64,000 nt of DNA, taken from IMG/VR virus record IMGVR_UViG_3300035506_000303; one strand, written 5' to 3'. The position numbers and the translations under genes are program-made. Numbering within the stretch: the first letter of the stretch is position 1; each line of letters opens with the position of its first letter. Source of the stretch: a virus. The notes beneath the pieces were generated by a model that was not told where the DNA came from, made no database searches, and saw only the letters and a list, made by a program, of their open reading frames with translations. Shown piece after piece: positions 60,092 through 64,000 of the stretch.

Positions 60092-61693
60092 TTACTCATC
60101 TTTTGCTGCGTCTGTTGTAGTTGCTTCCGCAAAAACTTTAAAATACACACTCGGTACTTGCTTGTTGAAGTCTGCACCCCAAATTAGATACTTACGGTTC
60201 AATTCCGTAGAAGATACCCATGTTTCAATGGTGCCAGATTCTCCCGCTGCTAATGTAATAGAAGAAGTTAAACCGTACATCGTGCCTGTTCTTGCAGATA
60301 AGTTGCCTTGCTTATCAGCAAGAGAGGAATTGTCTGTAATATGCAACTTCTCATCACTTAGATTGGTTACTGTAAATTTCAAATAAGCATAGCTAATCTG
60401 GCCTGTTGTATCAATGCCACGGTTACGGCTGTCTTTCTCTGCAAGATAAGATACACAATCTGCATCGTAAAGAATCTCAGTTAATTCTACACGAATTGGT
60501 TTTGCTACTGTCTTACCGTCCTTGGTCTGTAAAACATACGTTAAGATAGACGTTCCAATGGCTGCTGGTTTATCTACTGTTCCATCACCGCTTTGTGCAA
60601 GAACTACATTCTCAACTTCATTTTGTAAATGATAGGCACCAAGCCATTCCTGCGAAATCAAGGTGTTTTCTGCATACTTGGTAGGCTCTTGGGTGGAAGA
60701 TTTCTTCTTATCCTCCAACTTATTCCACTTGTTCCATGCTTCTGTTGTTGGCACAGCTCCGCCATTGGCTGCCACATCAAATCGGTCAAGCATGTCGTAA
60801 AAAGCATCGCTTGAAAACAGTAATTTATCAAGGTAGATATCTTCATCAGATGTCATCTTCTCATACCCTTCACTGTCTTGTGCTATGGCAATTGTATGCT
60901 TTTCCGTTGTTGTTGGAATATCTGCCCAACTTAGTGAGTTCATATACTGACAGAATGCATACACTACTTGATTGTGATAATCTGCTGAACCTACGGTTAA
61001 ACCCGCTGTCTTTAAGAAATTACTGATTTCCAAACTGTTAAACTGAATCTGTGAATAATCAATATAGTGAACGGTCAACTCGTCATCTGCATCATTCATC
61101 AAACTTTGCACATAAATCGTATCGCCTGTTCCTTTTTCACGGGCAACATTTCCGTATATGTCAATACCCTGTTCCAATGGTACTTCATAGGTAACAGTGG
61201 AAAGTACATTGTTTATGAATGTTGTTACATCTTCATTTTCATTGGCATAACTGAATTCTTGGTTTAAATAGGAATCTGTGCCGATTTCTTCTTCTAAACC
61301 TTCAAAATCTTTGTTGCTAATATAACTATTCCAACGGTTTACTGCACTTAGGCCTGCCGTTTCTTCATCACGAGAAGCAAGTGGCGGATATAGTACATAA
61401 TTGTAATAACCATATGCACCAGCCAGAGCTAAAACAACTAGAATGAAGAAGGCTATGAGCAGCTTCTTCCAAATTGGCATCTTCTTCTTTGGTGGCCTGT
61501 TTTGCTTATTCTGCTTTTTTAAAGCTTTCTTCTCTTTACGAGTCAGCTTCCTATCAGGATAACCGTTGTCAGTTAAATCGAATGACTCAGGCTGCGGTGG
61601 ATATTGCTGATACGGTGGATAATTATTATCATACATAGGATTTTGATTCTGTGTTGGAAAATTTGTGGATGTAGGCATCTTTCCAGTTCGCAT
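60092..61693 (-). CDS. Bitopic membrane protein with P/Q/K-rich cytoplasmic N-terminus and C-terminal Ig-like (DUF4352-like) domain
   Basis: KKLLIAFFILVVLALAGAYGYY TM; AYLKFTVTNLSDE...ITLAAGESGTI. Confidence 0.7.
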   Translation of the reverse strand: MRTGKMPTSTNFPTQNQNPMYDNNYPPYQQYPPQPESFDLTDNGYPDRKLTRKEKKALKKQNKQNRPPKKKMPIWKKLLIAFFILVVLALAGAYGYYNYVLYPPLASRDEETAGLSAVNRWNSYISNKDFEGLEEEIGTDSYLNQEFSYANENEDVTTFINNVLSTVTYEVPLEQGIDIYGNVAREKGTGDTIYVQSLMNDADDELTVHYIDYSQIQFNSLEISNFLKTAGLTVGSADYHNQVVYAFCQYMNSLSWADIPTTTEKHTIAIAQDSEGYEKMTSDEDIYLDKLLFSSDAFYDMLDRFDVAANGGAVPTTEAWNKWNKLEDKKKSSTQEPTKYAENTLISQEWLGAYHLQNEVENVVLAQSGDGTVDKPAAIGTSILTYVLQTKDGKTVAKPIRVELTEILYDADCVSYLAEKDSRNRGIDTTGQISYAYLKFTVTNLSDEKLHITDNSSLADKQGNLSARTGTMYGLTSSITLAAGESGTIETWVSSTELNRKYLIWGADFNKQVPSVYFKVFAEATTTDAAKDE

Positions 61694-61796
61694 TATTTTC
61701 CCTCCTATTTTGTATCGGTGTAAATGTGTTGTTGCTTAATTTTCTATTAGAAAATAAGTGCAGAATGCTTTCTAATAGAAGATAAGCTAGTTGTAG

Positions 61797-61835
61797 ACAA
61801 ACACAGGTTGTCCCGTGAGGGACGGCTGTGTTTGT
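61797..61835. terminator. Stable hairpin / terminator downstream of 61844..62488
   Basis: ACAAACACAG...CTGTGTTTGT with inner GTCCC/GGGAC; a second 12-bp inverted repeat lies at 61742-61780. Confidence 0.65.
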
Positions 61836-61843
61836 AAATTTTA

Positions 61844-62488
61844 TTAAAATTTCAAGCTGTTGAACAGGTTGAGGAAATCATCGCCTGCATCTTCGCCTTC
61901 CTCTGTAATCTGTTCTGTACCCACATCATCTACTGCTTGATTGGAAGCCTTGGAATTGCTAGAAGATGAAGATGTAGAAGTGGAAGATGTGGAAGAAGTG
62001 GAAGAAGTGGAAGATGTAGAAGTTGTAGAAATGGTTACACCATTTTGCAGCAGCTCTAAAACTTTATCAAGTTTGGCATTCAACTCTTCTGCTTGCTCAG
62101 ATGCAATATTTTGCAGAGAACCGTTGGTATAAACCTGTTGCTTAATCGCTGTGGGAATATACTCCTCGCCAGCTTCTTTGCGGTCAACCGTATCTTGCGA
62201 CCAGTTATGCCCAACAAATACCCTTGTATCTGGAATGCCATGCTCTTTGTACAAAGAAGAATCTTTGATGATGTCGCACAACTTCGCTTGCTGATAGGCA
62301 GTCCAACGATTATCGTAATTTCTTACATACTCTCGTAAATCTTCGCTTTGTGTGTAAAGATTGAACAACACTTCAAAGACATGGTTCAACTGTCTGCGGT
62401 CAAGCAAATCTTTTACATAAGTATCATAGGTTTCATCATCAAATGTAGTCATGATGCGGTACTTTTTGTCTTGAAAATCTTTTGGCAT
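61844..62488 (-). CDS. Hypothetical protein, possible ribbon-helix-helix (ParR-like) with S/T-rich and acidic tail
   Basis: N-terminal strand-helix-helix pattern KKYRIMTTFDD...; TSSTSS tract; amphipathic DFLNLFNSLKF end. Confidence 0.4.
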   Translation of the reverse strand: MPKDFQDKKYRIMTTFDDETYDTYVKDLLDRRQLNHVFEVLFNLYTQSEDLREYVRNYDNRWTAYQQAKLCDIIKDSSLYKEHGIPDTRVFVGHNWSQDTVDRKEAGEEYIPTAIKQQVYTNGSLQNIASEQAEELNAKLDKVLELLQNGVTISTTSTSSTSSTSSTSSTSTSSSSSNSKASNQAVDDVGTEQITEEGEDAGDDFLNLFNSLKF

Positions 62489-63891
62489 TAGAACTGCACC
62501 TCACAATCTACTTTCTCATATACAGAGGCTAATGTCTGTATAAAATTTTGAGCAACAGCTCGGTTATCAGGTGTACCCTGCATAACTTTCAGGCTTGCAT
62601 ATCTGCTTCCAGCGAGCATACCAGTTGTGGTATAGGTCAGATACAAATCCATCGCTCTGCAGCCTGTGTATACCCAGCAATCACAATGTCCTGAAAAAGT
62701 TTCAAACAACATGCGGCCAATTGCTTCACTTAAACCACCCGCATAGATGAGAATGGCTTGATTCAGTTGGTATAGCTCTTGAAATACTTTCTCCCAGTCA
62801 ATATCCCGTAAAGATTCTCTGTCGTAATATGTGCCTTTGTTTGGATGCATAATACGAATGTATCTTCTTGAAGTCTGTGTAAGAAATGGTGCAAGTGCTC
62901 CGCTTGGCTGTCGCAGCCAATCTATGCCTGTTGCAAGTGTACCTGTGGCTAAGAAACTGGCTTCTATGTAACTTTCTGCGGTAAGGTCAAGAACGATTGT
63001 ATCTGCCTTAATTTCGGATAAGAGCTTTTCATAAATGCCTTCATGCTGAGCACTCGTGCCAGTGAATACTACCTTTATGGTGGCATACTGCTGAACAACA
63101 GGCTTAATAGAAATTGGATTGATTAAGGGAGTAAAACTTGGCTCTGCATTGGCAATTTCTTTTTGAAGGTCTGCTATCTCGGATTCTTTTACAGCAAGTT
63201 CCGTTTTTAATGCTTCGCAGTCTTTCTTCAACTTGGCATGCTTTTGGTCAAGGTCTTTGTATCTTCGTTCCCATTCCAGAGATGTATCCGCTTTTCTGCT
63301 TGTGGCTTTGAGCTGCTCAATTCTTTCATAGGCATCAGCGAGTTCTTGGCGAAGCTGTTGCTCTTGTGGGCTAAAAACATTGCTAGGATATGGTGTTTGT
63401 GCTTGCACATTACCCTGCTGCATATAATACGGTGAAGGTTGATAATACATATTACCCTGTTGCATATATGGATTGGGAATATACGGATTCATACCCTGTG
63501 GCTGTGCATAATCATATGCTGGCATTGGCTGCTGATATGGTTGCATTTGAGCAGATTCTTGCAGCTTTTCTTGGGCTGTTGTCTGCTTTCCCCAGCGGTC
63601 ATCTAAGGCAGAAACAAGGCTTGGCATATCTGTGAATTTCAAAATATTGCCACCTTCTGCCCATTGTTTTGTGCCATCAGGCATTTTGCCCCAGATTTGA
63701 TAATAGAGCTTAGAAGCAAGTAAGACTAAGCGGTATCTTGTATCTTTTTGTGCTTGACTAACTCTGGTTGCAGTTGCTGTTTGGTCAACTTCTACGGTGA
63801 GGCCTTCAAAAGTTGCTATGGCTCTAGCTTGCACATAGCTAACTACTTCGGGAGTAAGACCACCTACTATAATACAGATAGAAGCAGACAT
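62488..63891 (-). CDS. Hypothetical protein: alpha/beta N-domain, Q/P/Y-rich linker, coiled coil and degenerate ParA/MinD-like C-domain
   Basis: IKVVFTGTSA (degenerate P-loop), TIVLDLT, LIYAG; heptad coiled coil at aa ~175-250. Confidence 0.5.
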   Translation of the reverse strand: MSASICIIVGGLTPEVVSYVQARAIATFEGLTVEVDQTATATRVSQAQKDTRYRLVLLASKLYYQIWGKMPDGTKQWAEGGNILKFTDMPSLVSALDDRWGKQTTAQEKLQESAQMQPYQQPMPAYDYAQPQGMNPYIPNPYMQQGNMYYQPSPYYMQQGNVQAQTPYPSNVFSPQEQQLRQELADAYERIEQLKATSRKADTSLEWERRYKDLDQKHAKLKKDCEALKTELAVKESEIADLQKEIANAEPSFTPLINPISIKPVVQQYATIKVVFTGTSAQHEGIYEKLLSEIKADTIVLDLTAESYIEASFLATGTLATGIDWLRQPSGALAPFLTQTSRRYIRIMHPNKGTYYDRESLRDIDWEKVFQELYQLNQAILIYAGGLSEAIGRMLFETFSGHCDCWVYTGCRAMDLYLTYTTTGMLAGSRYASLKVMQGTPDNRAVAQNFIQTLASVYEKVDCEVQF

Positions 63892-63902
63892 AGTGTCTAC
63901 CT

Positions 63903-64000
63903 CTAGCCTGTAATTTCTGCGGAAATTCTAGCACCAATGACATTTAAGTAACGAGGATTCATCTTTTTCTGGCGACTTTCTGTTCCTCCGTCTGCACGAA
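63903..64000 (-). CDS. 3' end of a CDS entering from outside the window (...KKMNPRYLNVIGARISAEITG*), possibly ParM/actin-like
   Basis: Open frame to TAG at 63903; NPRYLNVIG resembles the C-terminal P..AN..G motif of ParM/StbA ATPases. Confidence 0.4.
   Translation of the reverse strand, partial: RADGGTESRQKKMNPRYLNVIGARISAEITG

Noticed and set aside
1654..63635. Numerous short plus-strand and alternate-frame ORFs (e.g. 7542..7850, 35173..35676, 51196..51747, 58226..58924, 21077..21529)
   Set aside because: Shadow ORFs antisense to or overlapping long genes, or artefacts of repeats; no recognisable motifs
1..64000. Alternative genetic code or phage virion module
   Set aside because: Standard-code ORFs tile the window densely; no capsid, portal, terminase or tail motifs recognised

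Overview
AT-rich, gene-dense 64-kb segment with almost all genes on the minus strand; the only credible plus-strand gene is AIM24-like. SigmaA-type promoters, strong AGGAG ribosome-binding sites and many intrinsic terminators point to a Bacillota host. The mix of orphan genes, paralog expansions, a stand-alone 5'-3' exonuclease, nrdD, secE, lepB and a possible ParM/ParR-type module suggests a large extrachromosomal element (megaplasmid or jumbo phage) rather than core chromosome. No virion, rRNA, tRNA or CRISPR genes were seen. Main blocks: (1) three related orphan proteins with WYL/SH3-like repeats and a degenerate PolA-like protein; (2) four giant surface proteins (thioester/SpaA, SpaA, NlpC/P60-SpaA, Ig-like); (3) a MoxR AAA+ / vWA / large-orphan operon; (4) a non-coding island closed by a perfect 25-bp inverted repeat; (5) a Ser/Thr signalling cluster (FHA protein, PP2C, one canonical membrane kinase, four degenerate kinase domains, and a membrane protein with nine TDEAPTG[FY]L repeats), with one pseudokinase split by an IS607 (TnpA+TnpB, omega-RNA-like right end); (6) secE, nrdD and four DUF5684-like membrane paralogs with low-complexity tails. 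All family assignments come from motif recognition by eye, not database searches.
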